Shown here one piece after another: positions 19,265 to 29,350 of a stretch of 64,000 nucleotides of DNA. The position numbers were made by a program, and so were the translations under genes. The notes beneath the pieces were generated by a model that did not search any database, was not told the DNA's origin, and saw nothing but the letters and a program-made list of their open reading frames with translations. Numbering within the stretch: position 1 is the first letter of the stretch; the number at the start of each line of letters is the position of its first letter. Source of the stretch: an uncultured Gemmatimonadales bacterium (GTDB taxonomy: Bacteria > Gemmatimonadota > Gemmatimonadetes > Gemmatimonadales > Gemmatimonadaceae); NCBI GenBank assembly GCA_963707505.1, contig CAVPQB010000004.1, positions 896,001 through 960,000 of the forward strand. Direction: 5' to 3'.

Positions 19265-21004
19265 ATGCTTCAGCCCCTACCCATTCCAACGCAGGCAAAC
19301 GCAGCCGATCGACGTGGCGGCGTGCGTCCGACCCCCTGGTGGCTCGACCTGCTGCTGGTACTGTTCGTGGCATCCATCGCATTCGGGATCGCGCGCGCCG
19401 CAGCGCGGTGGAGCTCACCACTCTCGCCGAATGTGCGAATCGACACGTCGATCTCGCTGCTCCCGATGTACGCGGGACTCTCGACGCTGCGCATGGCCGT
19501 GGCGTATGTGGTGTCGCTCGTATTCAGCCTCGTCTATGCGCGCGCCGCAGCCGCGAGCAGGACGGCCGAGCGCATCATGCTCCCGGTGCTGGACATACTG
19601 CAGAGCATTCCGATTCTGTCGTTCATGCCAGGCATCGTGCTTGGACTCGCTGCCGCTTTCCCGGGTCGTACGCTGGGGCTCGAGCTGGCGGCGATTCTGC
19701 TCATCTTCACGAGCCAGGCGTGGAACCTCGCCTTCAGTTTCCATCAGTCGCTCACGACCATCCCGCGCGAGCTCAACGAGGCCGCCGACGTGTACCGACT
19801 CGGACTCTGGCGCAGGTTCACGCGACTGGAGCTTCCATTCGGCGCGATCGCGCTGATCCAGAACAGCATGATGAGCTGGGCGGGAGGCTGGTTCTTTCTC
19901 ATGGCGTCGGAGCAATTCGTGCTCGGCGCCAACAACCTTCGTCTCCCGGGGCTCGGTTCGTATCTCGCGGCAGCCTCGGAGGCGCGCGACACCCGGGCAA
20001 TCATATGGGGAATCGTCGCCCTCGTTACGGTGATCGTACTGCTGGATCAGATACTGTGGCGCCCGTTGGTTGCGTGGTCCGACAAGTTCAAGTTCGAGCA
20101 ATCCGGCGGTGACGCTTCGGAATCGTGGATGCTGGATCTGCTGCGTAATTCGGCGCTCGTCGCGTGGCTGCACGATCATACGGTTGCTCCGTTGGAGAAA
20201 TCGCTGGATCGGCCGCGTGAGCCCCGCCACCGCTCGATTCCGATCGTTCCGCGATGGATACGCGTGCTGGGAGGATTGCTTCTCGGCCTGGCCGCGGTAG
20301 CGATCGTCATCTGGGGTGGTCTCGCTGCGTTCCACGCGGTGTCCGGTCTCACTGGAAGAACATGGTGGACGATACTTGTCGCCACGCTCGCGACGTTCGG
20401 TCGCACGCTCGCGGCGTTGATCATCGCGACGGCGTGGACGGTACCATTCGGTGTCGCCGTCGGGATGAGTCCCAAATGGTCGCGCAGGTTGCAACCGGTG
20501 GTGCAGGTGATCGCGTCAATTCCGGCAACTGCGCTGTTCTCTGTTCTTCTACTCATACTGCTCTCACTTCCGGGCGGCCTCAACATCGCCGCCATCGCCC
20601 TGATGGTGCTCGGCACACAATGGTATGTTCTATTCAATGTGATTGCTGGAGCAATGGCGATCCCATCCGATCTCAAGGAGGCGGCAGGTGTGTATGGACT
20701 CACGGGCTGGCGCCGATGGAAGTTGCTCATCATACCGGCGATCTTTCCGTATCTCGTTACAGGATTGATCACCGCGACCGGTGGCGCGTGGAATGCGAGT
20801 ATCGTCTCGGAGTACGTGATATTTGCGGGCCACAAGATAAGCACCGTCGGATTGGGCGCGTTGATCGCCGAAGCCGCTGACGCGCAGAATTTTCCGCTGC
20901 TGCTGGCTTCGACGCTCGTCATGGCGGCGGTCGTGATACTTGGGAATAGACTTGTGTGGCGCAGGTTGTATCGCATCGCACAATCGCGTTATCGTCTGGA
21001 ATGA
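19265..21004 (+). CDS. ABC transporter permease with two permease domains (NitT/TauT-like)
   Basis: LDILQSIPILSF, FTSQAWN, NSMMSWAGGWFFL and GGAWNASIVSE; two EAA loops. Confidence 0.9.
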   Translation: MLQPLPIPTQANAADRRGGVRPTPWWLDLLLVLFVASIAFGIARAAARWSSPLSPNVRIDTSISLLPMYAGLSTLRMAVAYVVSLVFSLVYARAAAASRTAERIMLPVLDILQSIPILSFMPGIVLGLAAAFPGRTLGLELAAILLIFTSQAWNLAFSFHQSLTTIPRELNEAADVYRLGLWRRFTRLELPFGAIALIQNSMMSWAGGWFFLMASEQFVLGANNLRLPGLGSYLAAASEARDTRAIIWGIVALVTVIVLLDQILWRPLVAWSDKFKFEQSGGDASESWMLDLLRNSALVAWLHDHTVAPLEKSLDRPREPRHRSIPIVPRWIRVLGGLLLGLAAVAIVIWGGLAAFHAVSGLTGRTWWTILVATLATFGRTLAALIIATAWTVPFGVAVGMSPKWSRRLQPVVQVIASIPATALFSVLLLILLSLPGGLNIAAIALMVLGTQWYVLFNVIAGAMAIPSDLKEAAGVYGLTGWRRWKLLIIPAIFPYLVTGLITATGGAWNASIVSEYVIFAGHKISTVGLGALIAEAADAQNFPLLLASTLVMAAVVILGNRLVWRRLYRIAQSRYRLE

Positions 21005-21014
21005 GGCAAGCACC

Positions 21015-22430
21015 ATGACAACGGCCATATCTGCACCACCGGCGAACGAGCGCGGCGCCGTCATACTCGAAGCGCGTGCCGTGGACAAGTATTACGGTGA
21101 CGACCGCACACCCGTGCTGGATCATGTCAGCGTTGCGTTGCACGCTGGCGAATTCGTCGCGTTGCTCGGTCCGTCGGGATCCGGCAAATCGACGTTGCTG
21201 CGATTGCTCTCCGGCCTGATGCCGCCGTCGTCGGGTCGCGTTCTGTCTCATGGTGAGGATCTCACCGGAATCAATCCGAACGTTGCGATCGTGTTCCAGA
21301 GTTTTGCGTTGTTTCCGTGGCTCACCGTCCTGCAGAATGTTGAGCTCGGTCTGCTCGCCGCGGGCGTCCCGTCAGAGCAACGCCGGGAACGCGCGGTCGC
21401 CGCGATCGACCTCATCGGACTCGACGGTTACGAGGAAGCGTTCCCGAAAGAGCTTTCCGGCGGCATGAAGCAGCGCGTCGGCTTCGCCCGCGCGCTGGTG
21501 GTGCAACCGGAAGTGCTTTTCATGGACGAGCCGTTCTCCGCGCTCGACGTGTTGACTGGTGAGACGCTGCGCGCCGAGCTGCAGGAGCTCTGGAACTCTC
21601 GGTCGATGCCGACCAAGGCAGTCCTGCTTGTCACGCACAACATCGAGGAAGCGGTGACGCTCGCCGATCGCATTCTCGTGTTCGGCGCGAATCCGGGACA
21701 CATTCGGATCGAGCTCCCGGGATTACCGGCGCACGAGCGCGCGCATCACGGACCCGCACGACAGCATCTCGTCGACGCGATCTACCGCGTGATGACCAAC
21801 CCGGGTGAGGACGCATCGACGCTCGTCGGCCGCCCGAGTGCTCCGACACGGCCCGAGCGTCCGCGGCGCTATCAGGTGTTGCCGGACGTTGGAATCGACG
21901 ATCTCACGGGATTCGTGCAGTACCTGTCGACAATGGGCGGCCGTGCCAATGTGCACGATCTTGCGCGCGATCTACAGCTCCGCAGCGACGACGTACTCGC
22001 CATCGTCGAAGCCAGCGACCTGCTCGGCTTTGCCGATCTCCAGGATCGCGCAGTCGTCATCACACAACCGGGAATCGAGTTCGCCGACGCCGATCTCGAC
22101 ATCGAGAAGGCGATGTTCCGGCGTTATGCCCTGGCTCACGTGTCGCTGCTGCGACATATAGTGCGAGAGCTGGACGCCTCTCCATCCGGTACGCTCGACT
22201 CCGACCGCCTCATGGAGGAGCTGGAGGAAGCGTTCTCCGGTGGCGAGGCGCGTCGTCAGTTCGAGACGGTCGTCGACTGGGGTCGATACGCCGAGTTGTT
22301 CTCTTACGACGATGCGAGCGGCGAGCTGCGGCTGGATCCAGAGACCGGAGTCGGAGCTGCCGATGCGCTGCGTGAAGCGATGACAGCGGACGGCTCAGCG
22401 ACCTGGTCGGTGGAAGGGGACGAGAGCTAG
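21015..22430 (+). CDS. ABC transporter ATP-binding protein (NitT/TauT-like) with a C-terminal AAA-associated domain
   Basis: GPSGSGKST, LSGGMKQRVGFARAL, MDEPFSALD and C-terminal WGRYAELF. Confidence 0.92.
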   Translation: MTTAISAPPANERGAVILEARAVDKYYGDDRTPVLDHVSVALHAGEFVALLGPSGSGKSTLLRLLSGLMPPSSGRVLSHGEDLTGINPNVAIVFQSFALFPWLTVLQNVELGLLAAGVPSEQRRERAVAAIDLIGLDGYEEAFPKELSGGMKQRVGFARALVVQPEVLFMDEPFSALDVLTGETLRAELQELWNSRSMPTKAVLLVTHNIEEAVTLADRILVFGANPGHIRIELPGLPAHERAHHGPARQHLVDAIYRVMTNPGEDASTLVGRPSAPTRPERPRRYQVLPDVGIDDLTGFVQYLSTMGGRANVHDLARDLQLRSDDVLAIVEASDLLGFADLQDRAVVITQPGIEFADADLDIEKAMFRRYALAHVSLLRHIVRELDASPSGTLDSDRLMEELEEAFSGGEARRQFETVVDWGRYAELFSYDDASGELRLDPETGVGAADALREAMTADGSATWSVEGDES

Positions 22431-22459
22431 ACGGAGGCGGTAAGAGCTGTTAAAAAGGT

Positions 22460-22573
22460 CGTCGTTGCCGCGAAAGCGGGAATCCATCCGTTGCCGACCA
22501 GCTGTTGGGGCGACGCATGCGTCGCCCCTGCTACAGATCGATCACATGGATTCCCGCTTTCGCGGGCATGACG
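22460..22573. repeat. Composite REP-like palindromic element
   Basis: Outer inverted arms have a perfect 20-bp core CCGCGAAAGCGGGAATCCAT; the inner 22-bp palindrome GGGGCGACGCATGCGTCGCCCC (22507-22528) is perfect. Confidence 0.85.
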
Positions 22574-22590
22574 ATACGGCGGTGCGCCGC

Positions 22591-23067
22591 CTACTTCCTT
22601 ATCGCCCCACAAACCGCCGCGTACGCCTTTCCGGCGCTGCTTCCCGGCGCCCGTTTTGCCCAGTCGATCTGCGCGAGCTGCGAGTCCGGCGTATCGTAGC
22701 CAGCGACTGGCTTGCCATTGGCGTCATATGTTTGCGCCGAAATCGGCTTTATTCCCTGCGTGGTGCAGTCGATCATCTTACGGTCGACCATCATGCGGTA
22801 GGCGTGCCTGGTGCCGATCATCTGGTTCGTCGGGTATTGCCAGCGGAGCCGTACGCGATAGGTGCCGTCGGGAGCGCGCTTGGTCTGGGTCGTGTCGAGC
22901 GCGACTTTTACCGTGGCGTCGCTGTAGACGCTGCGCCACGCGCCGGATGGCCCCGAGCTGGTGGTCCTTGCCTTCGCTGTCGTGTGCCGTGCCGCCTTCT
23001 GGGCACCGGCTGGAACGGCCAATACTGCCACGGCGAGCAGCGCCGGAATGAGTTTGCTATGCACCAA
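22591..23067 (-). CDS. Hypothetical secreted protein (surface-adhesin-E-like)
   Basis: Signal peptide; W..V, IDC...YD..G and a terminal A.C cysteine pair. Confidence 0.7.
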   Translation of the reverse strand: MVHSKLIPALLAVAVLAVPAGAQKAARHTTAKARTTSSGPSGAWRSVYSDATVKVALDTTQTKRAPDGTYRVRLRWQYPTNQMIGTRHAYRMMVDRKMIDCTTQGIKPISAQTYDANGKPVAGYDTPDSQLAQIDWAKRAPGSSAGKAYAAVCGAIRK

Positions 23068-23073
23068 CTGACC

Positions 23074-24447
23074 TCACTGGTTTGGAATGGGTTCTGACCC
23101 CAAAGCTTGGAGCACTCCTTGTGCCGCTCTCAATCCGGTGGCCAGTGCCCCTTCGACCGTGCCACTGTAACCTTCCGTATTCGTGGCCTCTCCGGAAAAG
23201 AAAACCGTCTGTTCGACGGGCCTCGAAAGCTTCCTCGCTGAACCGCTGCCGCCGACGACTGCATAGCTGTAGGCTCCGCGCGAGAACGGATCGCGCTCCC
23301 AGTTATGCATCCAGCTTCCGATCACCAGACCGGCCAGGCGCTCGTAAGTCGTACCGAGGTGCGCCGCCAGATCGTGCAACGCCATTCGCTCGATTTCCGC
23401 GTCTGGAAGGGCGCACAGCGCTGCCGCTGGCGGACCGCCGACCCAACCGACGAGAATCGGCGCGCGCACTGGAAACTGCGTCCACCAGACCGGAAAGTTC
23501 GCCCCCGGGCTGTGAAGGAAGCTGAGCGACATCAGCCCGCTACCACCGTGCCTGGGCGCGTTCCGCAGGCCCATTTCCCAGAAGCGCTCGCTGAATGCGA
23601 AAACGGTTCGGAGTGCGCTCCCCATTGTCAGACCATTCACCGCAGCCGTCACCGCGGGAATTTCGGGTTCGAACGCGATCGCGCCAGGCGCCGGTTGTGC
23701 GGCCTGCAACACGCCGATGGGCACCGTGACTATCACTGTCCGCCCGGAAACCGTACGAAGCTCGCCAGCGGCGTTCCTGCAGCTCACGACGACGTTTCCG
23801 CGCTCCCACTCGACTCTCGTCACCACGGTATTGAGCTCGATCGCGTCATAGACGTCACGCGCCAGCCAGGCCGCCACACGATCGTAACCGTCGACAACGC
23901 GCCCGGTGCGTTCATCCTCAGGGCTCGCGGCAGGGTCGCCACCCTTCGCGAGCCAACGCTCGCTCACGAGTGATATGTCGGCTGCGTGAAATCCCTGGAC
24001 GAATTCGATCGCACTACTGCGCGCACGGGCGTCTTTTGGCTTTCGCTTGCGTGCCGCGCGCTCCGCAAGGTAGTCCCTGAAGCTCCGGTCCGGTGTGCGG
24101 TGCTCGTCGAGCTTCCGGAGCACTTTTTCGATCCGCTTCCAGAAATCGACCTGTCTGAAATCTCCTTCGCGCGCTTGCCAGTGCTCGCCCACCACGTCGA
24201 ATGCCGTCAACCCTGCGGCGTCGATTATCGTATCTGTGTTGGGAGTGGCGCCGTGTAAAAATTCGGCACCAAGCTCGATTGGAACTACCACTGAAGGGTC
24301 GCGGTATGTGAAGATTCGGCCACCGACGCGGCCGCGCGCCTCCAGAACGACGACGCTACGCCCGTTTGCGCGCAGCTCCTTAGCCGCGGCGAGACCAGCC
24401 GCACCCGCACCAATTATTATCGCGTCGAATACGTCAGCCTGATCCAT
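23074..24447 (-). CDS. Flavin-containing amine oxidase family protein
   Basis: IIGAGAAGL, LEARGRVGGR, ELGAEF, W..DPFSRGAYS, FSGEAT and GTVEGAL.TG. Confidence 0.92.
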   Translation of the reverse strand: MDQADVFDAIIIGAGAAGLAAAKELRANGRSVVVLEARGRVGGRIFTYRDPSVVVPIELGAEFLHGATPNTDTIIDAAGLTAFDVVGEHWQAREGDFRQVDFWKRIEKVLRKLDEHRTPDRSFRDYLAERAARKRKPKDARARSSAIEFVQGFHAADISLVSERWLAKGGDPAASPEDERTGRVVDGYDRVAAWLARDVYDAIELNTVVTRVEWERGNVVVSCRNAAGELRTVSGRTVIVTVPIGVLQAAQPAPGAIAFEPEIPAVTAAVNGLTMGSALRTVFAFSERFWEMGLRNAPRHGGSGLMSLSFLHSPGANFPVWWTQFPVRAPILVGWVGGPPAAALCALPDAEIERMALHDLAAHLGTTYERLAGLVIGSWMHNWERDPFSRGAYSYAVVGGSGSARKLSRPVEQTVFFSGEATNTEGYSGTVEGALATGLRAAQGVLQALGSEPIPNQ

Positions 24448-24477
24448 TCGGACTGAATTATACACGGCAATTCCCAT

Positions 24478-25089
24478 ATGCAACGCTTTGTATCCAGATC
24501 ACTGTCCCGGAATGCCGCGGCCCTGCTTGCCGCGAGCTGCTTCGTCACGCTGGCGACCGGCTGCAGGCCTGCGTCGTTTCACGGTACCAGCTACGAGCCG
24601 CCGGAAGTCGCCCCGTCGGTCGTGCTGCAACGGACCAACGGCGCCAAATTCTCGCTCGCCGCGCAACGGGGCTCGGTGGTGCTCCTGTACTTTGGCTACA
24701 CGCACTGTCCGGACGTCTGCCCCACGACGCTCTCCGACTGGAAGCGCGTCAAGGCCACCCTCGGCCGCGACGCATCGCGCGTGCGTTTCGTTTTTATCTC
24801 GGTAGATCCGGATCGCGACGATCCGGCCACATTGCAAAATTACGTGTCCCGTTTCGATCCGGAATTCATTGGCGCGACCGCCGATTCCGCGACACTCGCG
24901 GGAATCGAGCGCTCCTTTCACGTCAATTCATCACGCGAGGAATCCACATCCGCGGGCGGCTACTCGGTGACGCATCCTTCGCAGACATTCGTCGTGGATA
25001 AGAGCGGCAATCTTCGCCTGCTCTACTCTTTCGGAATGCAGACGAGCGATATCGTTTCGGACATTCGCCAGCTGCTGCGCGGCGCATGA
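24478..25089 (+). CDS. SCO1/SenC copper chaperone lipoprotein
   Basis: FGYTHCPDVCP, SVDPDRD and the conserved His in YSVTH. Confidence 0.93.
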   Translation: MQRFVSRSLSRNAAALLAASCFVTLATGCRPASFHGTSYEPPEVAPSVVLQRTNGAKFSLAAQRGSVVLLYFGYTHCPDVCPTTLSDWKRVKATLGRDASRVRFVFISVDPDRDDPATLQNYVSRFDPEFIGATADSATLAGIERSFHVNSSREESTSAGGYSVTHPSQTFVVDKSGNLRLLYSFGMQTSDIVSDIRQLLRGA

Positions 25090-25532
25090 GGGTGTCGGTT
25101 GTGCGGGCGCTCGCATTGATGTTTACGCTCCCTGGATTCGCCGCATGCCATCGCGAAGCAGCGATCTCGGCAACGACTTTCGAGCTTCATGACGCATGGA
25201 TTCGCGCGACACCGGATTCAGGTTCGACCACAGCCGCTTACATCCGATTCGTCAACGGCACCGCGGATACGGTCTGGGTGTCGCGCTTCTCGTCCGACGA
25301 TGCAAACAGGGTGGAGCTGCATCAATCATCCGACATCGCGGGCGAGATGCACATGACGATGCACGATTCACTCGCCGTAGCGCCGAATCATACCATAACG
25401 ATGCGCCCGGGCGGCTATCATCTGATGCTGATCGGCGTGACGCACGCACTCGTGCCGGGTACGATGGTGCGAATCGTGATGCATCTCTCGAACGGTGCTG
25501 TAGTCTCTACATCCGCGAGAGTCAAATCCTGA
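25086..25532 (+). CDS. PCu(A)C copper chaperone
   Basis: DAWIRAT, VELH...MHM and PGGYHLML; ATGA-coupled to the SCO gene. Confidence 0.92.
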   Translation: MRVSVVRALALMFTLPGFAACHREAAISATTFELHDAWIRATPDSGSTTAAYIRFVNGTADTVWVSRFSSDDANRVELHQSSDIAGEMHMTMHDSLAVAPNHTITMRPGGYHLMLIGVTHALVPGTMVRIVMHLSNGAVVSTSARVKS

Positions 25533-25573
25533 GCGAAACCATCACGCACTGACGGATCCGTCCGGACCGCCGG

Positions 25574-27484
25574 TCAGATCTCCAGCTGCGCGCCGAGCTC
25601 CACCACGCGATTCGGCGGAAGGCCAAAGAAAGCTGTAGCCGGCAGCGAATTTCGCGCCATGAATGCGTAAAGTTTCTTGCGCCACCGGGCGAGCTTCGTG
25701 CTTCCGATTGGAAGCAGCTGCTCGCGACCGAGATAGTAGGTGGTCTCCATGCGCTGCGCACGCAGCCCGAACGCGCGCGCGGATGCAAGCAGTCGTTGTG
25801 CATCTGGCGCTTCCATGAACCCGTACTGTGCGATCACGCGCCAGAAGCCGAGTGGCAGCTTGGTCACGGTCATTCGCTCGCCGTCGATCACCTCGGGTAT
25901 CTCCTTCACCTGTATCGTGAGCAGGATCACCTCTTCGTGCAGCACCTTGTTGTGCTTGAGATGATGCAACAGCACCATCGGCGCACCGCTCGAGTCAGCA
26001 GTCATGAAGACCGCCGTGCCCGGGACACGCACGACATGATTCTCTGCCAGGCTCTTCAACAGCGCATCGAGCGGGAGACTCGCGTTACGCAGCAACGCGC
26101 GCGTGATTCTGCGACCCGAATGCCACGTCGTCATGAGCGTGAAGATCGCGCCCGCGATCGCGAGCGGCACCCAGCCACCCGATTCGATCTTGACCATATT
26201 CGAGGCGGCGAATCCGAGATCGATGATCAGGAAAAAGGCGGCGAACGATATGTACTGCCACGGCTTCCAATTCCACTTCATCTGCGCTAGCTGGGTGAAC
26301 AGCAGCGTAGTGATTACCATCGTGCCGGTCACGGCTATGCCGTAGGCAGCACTGAGAGCCGCGGACGAGCCGAAGCCCAGCACCATTATGACGCAACCGA
26401 TCATCAGCGCGTGATTCACTTCCGGCACGTAGATCTGACCTGCTTCCTCGCCCGACGTGTGGATGACGTTGAAACGGGGGCTGTATCCGAGCTGCACGCA
26501 CTGGTGCGTGAGCGAGAACGCGCCGGTGATGAGAGCCTGTGATGCGATGACGGCGGCGATGGTGGCGAGCGCAATCAATGGATACAGCATCGCGTGTGGC
26601 GCGAGTGCGAAGAATGGATTCTCGACGCTCGGCGGATTTTCGAGTACGATTGCGCCCTGGCCGAAGTAGTTCAGCGCCAGAGACGGAAGTACCAGTGCGA
26701 ACCATGCGATGCGGATCGAACGCCGCCCGAAGTGCCCCATGTCGGCGTAGAGCGCTTCCGTACCGGTGACGGCGAGCACAACCGCGCCAAGTAGAAGGAA
26801 CGCGGTACGGCCGTCGTTCAGAAACAGCTGCACACCGTACATCGGACTTATCGCGAGGAGAATGTGCGGGTGTTGCATGATCGAGGAGGCGCCAAGCACG
26901 CCGATCGTGCCGAACCAGAGCAGCATCACCGGGCCGAACACCCATCCGATGTTGGCGGTTCCATGTTTCTGGACCAGAAACAGCAGAACGAGGATGATTA
27001 CCGAGAGGGGTACTACGAGGTGGCTGAGCGTCGGTGTAACTACCTCGAGTCCCTCGACTGCGCTCAGCACGGTGATCGCAGGGGTGATCACGCCGTCGCC
27101 GTAGAGCAGGGCAGCGCCGATCAGTCCCGTCATGACGAGAATGACGCGCCATCGTTTGGACAATCGCTCGCGCTGCTGCAGGATGAGCGCGAGAAGCGCA
27201 AGAATTCCGCCTTCACCGCGATTGTCGGCTCGCATGATGAAAACGATGTACTTGATGCTCACCGTGAGGATGAGCGCCCACAATATGAGCGACACGACGC
27301 CGTATACGTTGTCTGGAGTCCGTGCCAGCCCGTATTCCGCCCGGAACGACTCACGGAACGCATACAGCGGACTCGTACCGATGTCGCCGAAGACGACGCC
27401 AAGCGCGAGCAGCGAGAGCTTGCCCAGTCTGCGCCCGGTCGGCTCTTCTACAGGTGGCCGTTCCGAGATTGCCGGGGCCGACAC
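25574..27484 (-). CDS. kup: KUP/HAK/KT potassium transporter
   Basis: ALGVVFGDIGTSPLYA, ADNRGEGG, EALYADMGHFG, GQIYVP and PPNRVVELG. Confidence 0.97.
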   Translation of the reverse strand: MSAPAISERPPVEEPTGRRLGKLSLLALGVVFGDIGTSPLYAFRESFRAEYGLARTPDNVYGVVSLILWALILTVSIKYIVFIMRADNRGEGGILALLALILQQRERLSKRWRVILVMTGLIGAALLYGDGVITPAITVLSAVEGLEVVTPTLSHLVVPLSVIILVLLFLVQKHGTANIGWVFGPVMLLWFGTIGVLGASSIMQHPHILLAISPMYGVQLFLNDGRTAFLLLGAVVLAVTGTEALYADMGHFGRRSIRIAWFALVLPSLALNYFGQGAIVLENPPSVENPFFALAPHAMLYPLIALATIAAVIASQALITGAFSLTHQCVQLGYSPRFNVIHTSGEEAGQIYVPEVNHALMIGCVIMVLGFGSSAALSAAYGIAVTGTMVITTLLFTQLAQMKWNWKPWQYISFAAFFLIIDLGFAASNMVKIESGGWVPLAIAGAIFTLMTTWHSGRRITRALLRNASLPLDALLKSLAENHVVRVPGTAVFMTADSSGAPMVLLHHLKHNKVLHEEVILLTIQVKEIPEVIDGERMTVTKLPLGFWRVIAQYGFMEAPDAQRLLASARAFGLRAQRMETTYYLGREQLLPIGSTKLARWRKKLYAFMARNSLPATAFFGLPPNRVVELGAQLEI

Positions 27485-27558
27485 TAGGCCTTGATCCTCA
27501 TGGCCAGCAATCGGTCACCGAATATAGGTAGTGCTCGCGTGAGCGAAGAGTGCATAAC

Positions 27559-27624
27559 TAACTAAAAGGAAGCCGGCGACTTTGCCGGCCGTCGCTGCCC
27601 TGGCAACCGCCAACGCAACCGGAG
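27559..27624 (-). promoter_or_regulatory. Riboswitch-like leader with intrinsic terminator upstream of kup
   Basis: Stem CCGGUUG/CGGCCGG encloses a UGGC-GGUU-GCCA hairpin; its 3' strand overlaps a GGCCGGC/GCCGGCU hairpin followed by UCCUUUUAGUU. Confidence 0.6.
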
Positions 27625-27745
27625 AAACATATAGCAAGGGGCCGGCCGATTGGCCGTTCCGCGCGAATCGGGTGCAACCTACTCAGTTTCGGCACCTGGA
27701 GGTGGGGCGGGCTATCAATTCACACGCCTTTGTGATATAAAGTAC

Positions 27746-27773
27746 TTGACTGTGCCGTGGACTCTGCTAGAAT
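27746..27773 (+). promoter_or_regulatory. Putative sigma70 promoter
   Basis: TTGACT-N16-TAGAAT upstream of the gene at 27856. Confidence 0.5.
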
Positions 27774-27855
27774 ACCGAGAGATGGCCGGCCCGGACCGCG
27801 GACGGTCGTCAACTCAGCGCTGAAGACAATCGGGCGGTCACCCATCACACTCCTC

Positions 27856-29328
27856 ATGCGAATCGGCCTTCTCTGGACCCTCGCCGCGATTGCGGGCGCG
27901 CTCGGCGCCATCGTGCTCTTCGACGCCCGCCCCGGAATCAACTGGGGTCTGTGGACCGCGGTGACGATTGCCGGCCTGCTGATCTATCGACGACCGGATC
28001 ACCAGACGCTCCAAACACTCGCACTGCCACTCGGCTTTGCGGCCATACTCGCCGCTGGCGCCGCGGTCACCACGACTCCAATGCTCCTGCTCGCGATCGT
28101 CGCCATCGTTGCATCGCTGATGGCTCTTGCTGTCCTCCTGGCCAACGAGCACACTGCCACGAACGATTACGGGCCGATTGACATCATTACGGCGCCGATT
28201 CGCGCCCTGGCGAATACCATACGCAGCGCGGGCTCGGTCGTCGTCCTGACCGTTGATTCGCTTGGCTCGACACGAGAGCGCCCTGTATTGCGGGGCGCTC
28301 TGATTGCGACGCCCGTTGTATTCGTGCTCGCTCTTCTGTTCGCAACCGCTGATCCGCTTCTCGCACAAGTTCGCGATGCCATCGACAACTTCTTCAGTAG
28401 CTGGAATGGGACGCCGCGCATCGTATTCGGAATATTGATCGCACTATTCGTATCGGGAGCGTACGCGGCGACTCGCGCGATACGCTCCTTGTTTGTGCGC
28501 GATGCACCGTCGCCGGCCACCGGCACCGTCACAATTGGATTGACGGAGCGACGCATCGTACTCGGCGCGGCGGCTGCGGTATCGTGGCTGTTCGTCCTGT
28601 TGCAACTCAGCTATTTATTTGGAGCATCGCCAGCGATCGCTGGCTCAGGTGTGACTTTCGCGGAGTATGCGCACCGCGGCTTTGGTGAGTTGACCATTGC
28701 GGCGACGATCGCAGCGCTTCTGATCGTCGCTGCGCACAGGAACGTGGACATCGGTAAGGACAGGCAGATGCGAGCCGCGATTACGTGGCCGGCGCTGGTG
28801 CTTCTGGCGGCCATCGTGTGCATCCTCGTCTCCGCGTTCCACCGCATCATGCTCTATGAAGATGCGTACGGCTACACGACAATGCGTGTGTATGCGCAGG
28901 CGTACATGCTTCTCGCGCTTGCGATCCTGTTCGTGCTTGCGTGGCACGTGTGGCGGATATTCGACGTGCGCGCGCTCGCGCGACAGATAATGACTGTAGC
29001 TCTCGTGACACTGGTATTTCTGGTTTTCTGGAACGGAGATGCATGGGTCGCGCAGGCCAACCTCGATCGATACGTGCGCATCGGCAAGATCGACATCCCA
29101 TATTTGACCCACGGCCTTTCACTGGACGCGTATCCCACGCTGGTTCAGGCACTTCCGAATGTCCGGCAGCCCGAGCGCGCACAACTTGCTACCGCCCTCG
29201 CGCAGGAATACACGCGTCGCCGCGAGCCACGTCCGACTACGCGATGGTACGAGTGGAACCTGAGGCGAGAGCGCGCCATGACCTTCGTCGTGGTCAGCCA
29301 ACCCGCGAATATTCTGCCGCCGTTATAG
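27856..29328 (+). CDS. DUF4153/DUF4173-like polytopic membrane protein
   Basis: LFATADP, YAHRGFGEL, R..LYE.AYGYT..R and WYEWN; many TM helices. Confidence 0.85.
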   Translation: MRIGLLWTLAAIAGALGAIVLFDARPGINWGLWTAVTIAGLLIYRRPDHQTLQTLALPLGFAAILAAGAAVTTTPMLLLAIVAIVASLMALAVLLANEHTATNDYGPIDIITAPIRALANTIRSAGSVVVLTVDSLGSTRERPVLRGALIATPVVFVLALLFATADPLLAQVRDAIDNFFSSWNGTPRIVFGILIALFVSGAYAATRAIRSLFVRDAPSPATGTVTIGLTERRIVLGAAAAVSWLFVLLQLSYLFGASPAIAGSGVTFAEYAHRGFGELTIAATIAALLIVAAHRNVDIGKDRQMRAAITWPALVLLAAIVCILVSAFHRIMLYEDAYGYTTMRVYAQAYMLLALAILFVLAWHVWRIFDVRALARQIMTVALVTLVFLVFWNGDAWVAQANLDRYVRIGKIDIPYLTHGLSLDAYPTLVQALPNVRQPERAQLATALAQEYTRRREPRPTTRWYEWNLRRERAMTFVVVSQPANILPPL

Positions 29329-29350
29329 TTTTCGGTCTGGAGGAGTTCAG

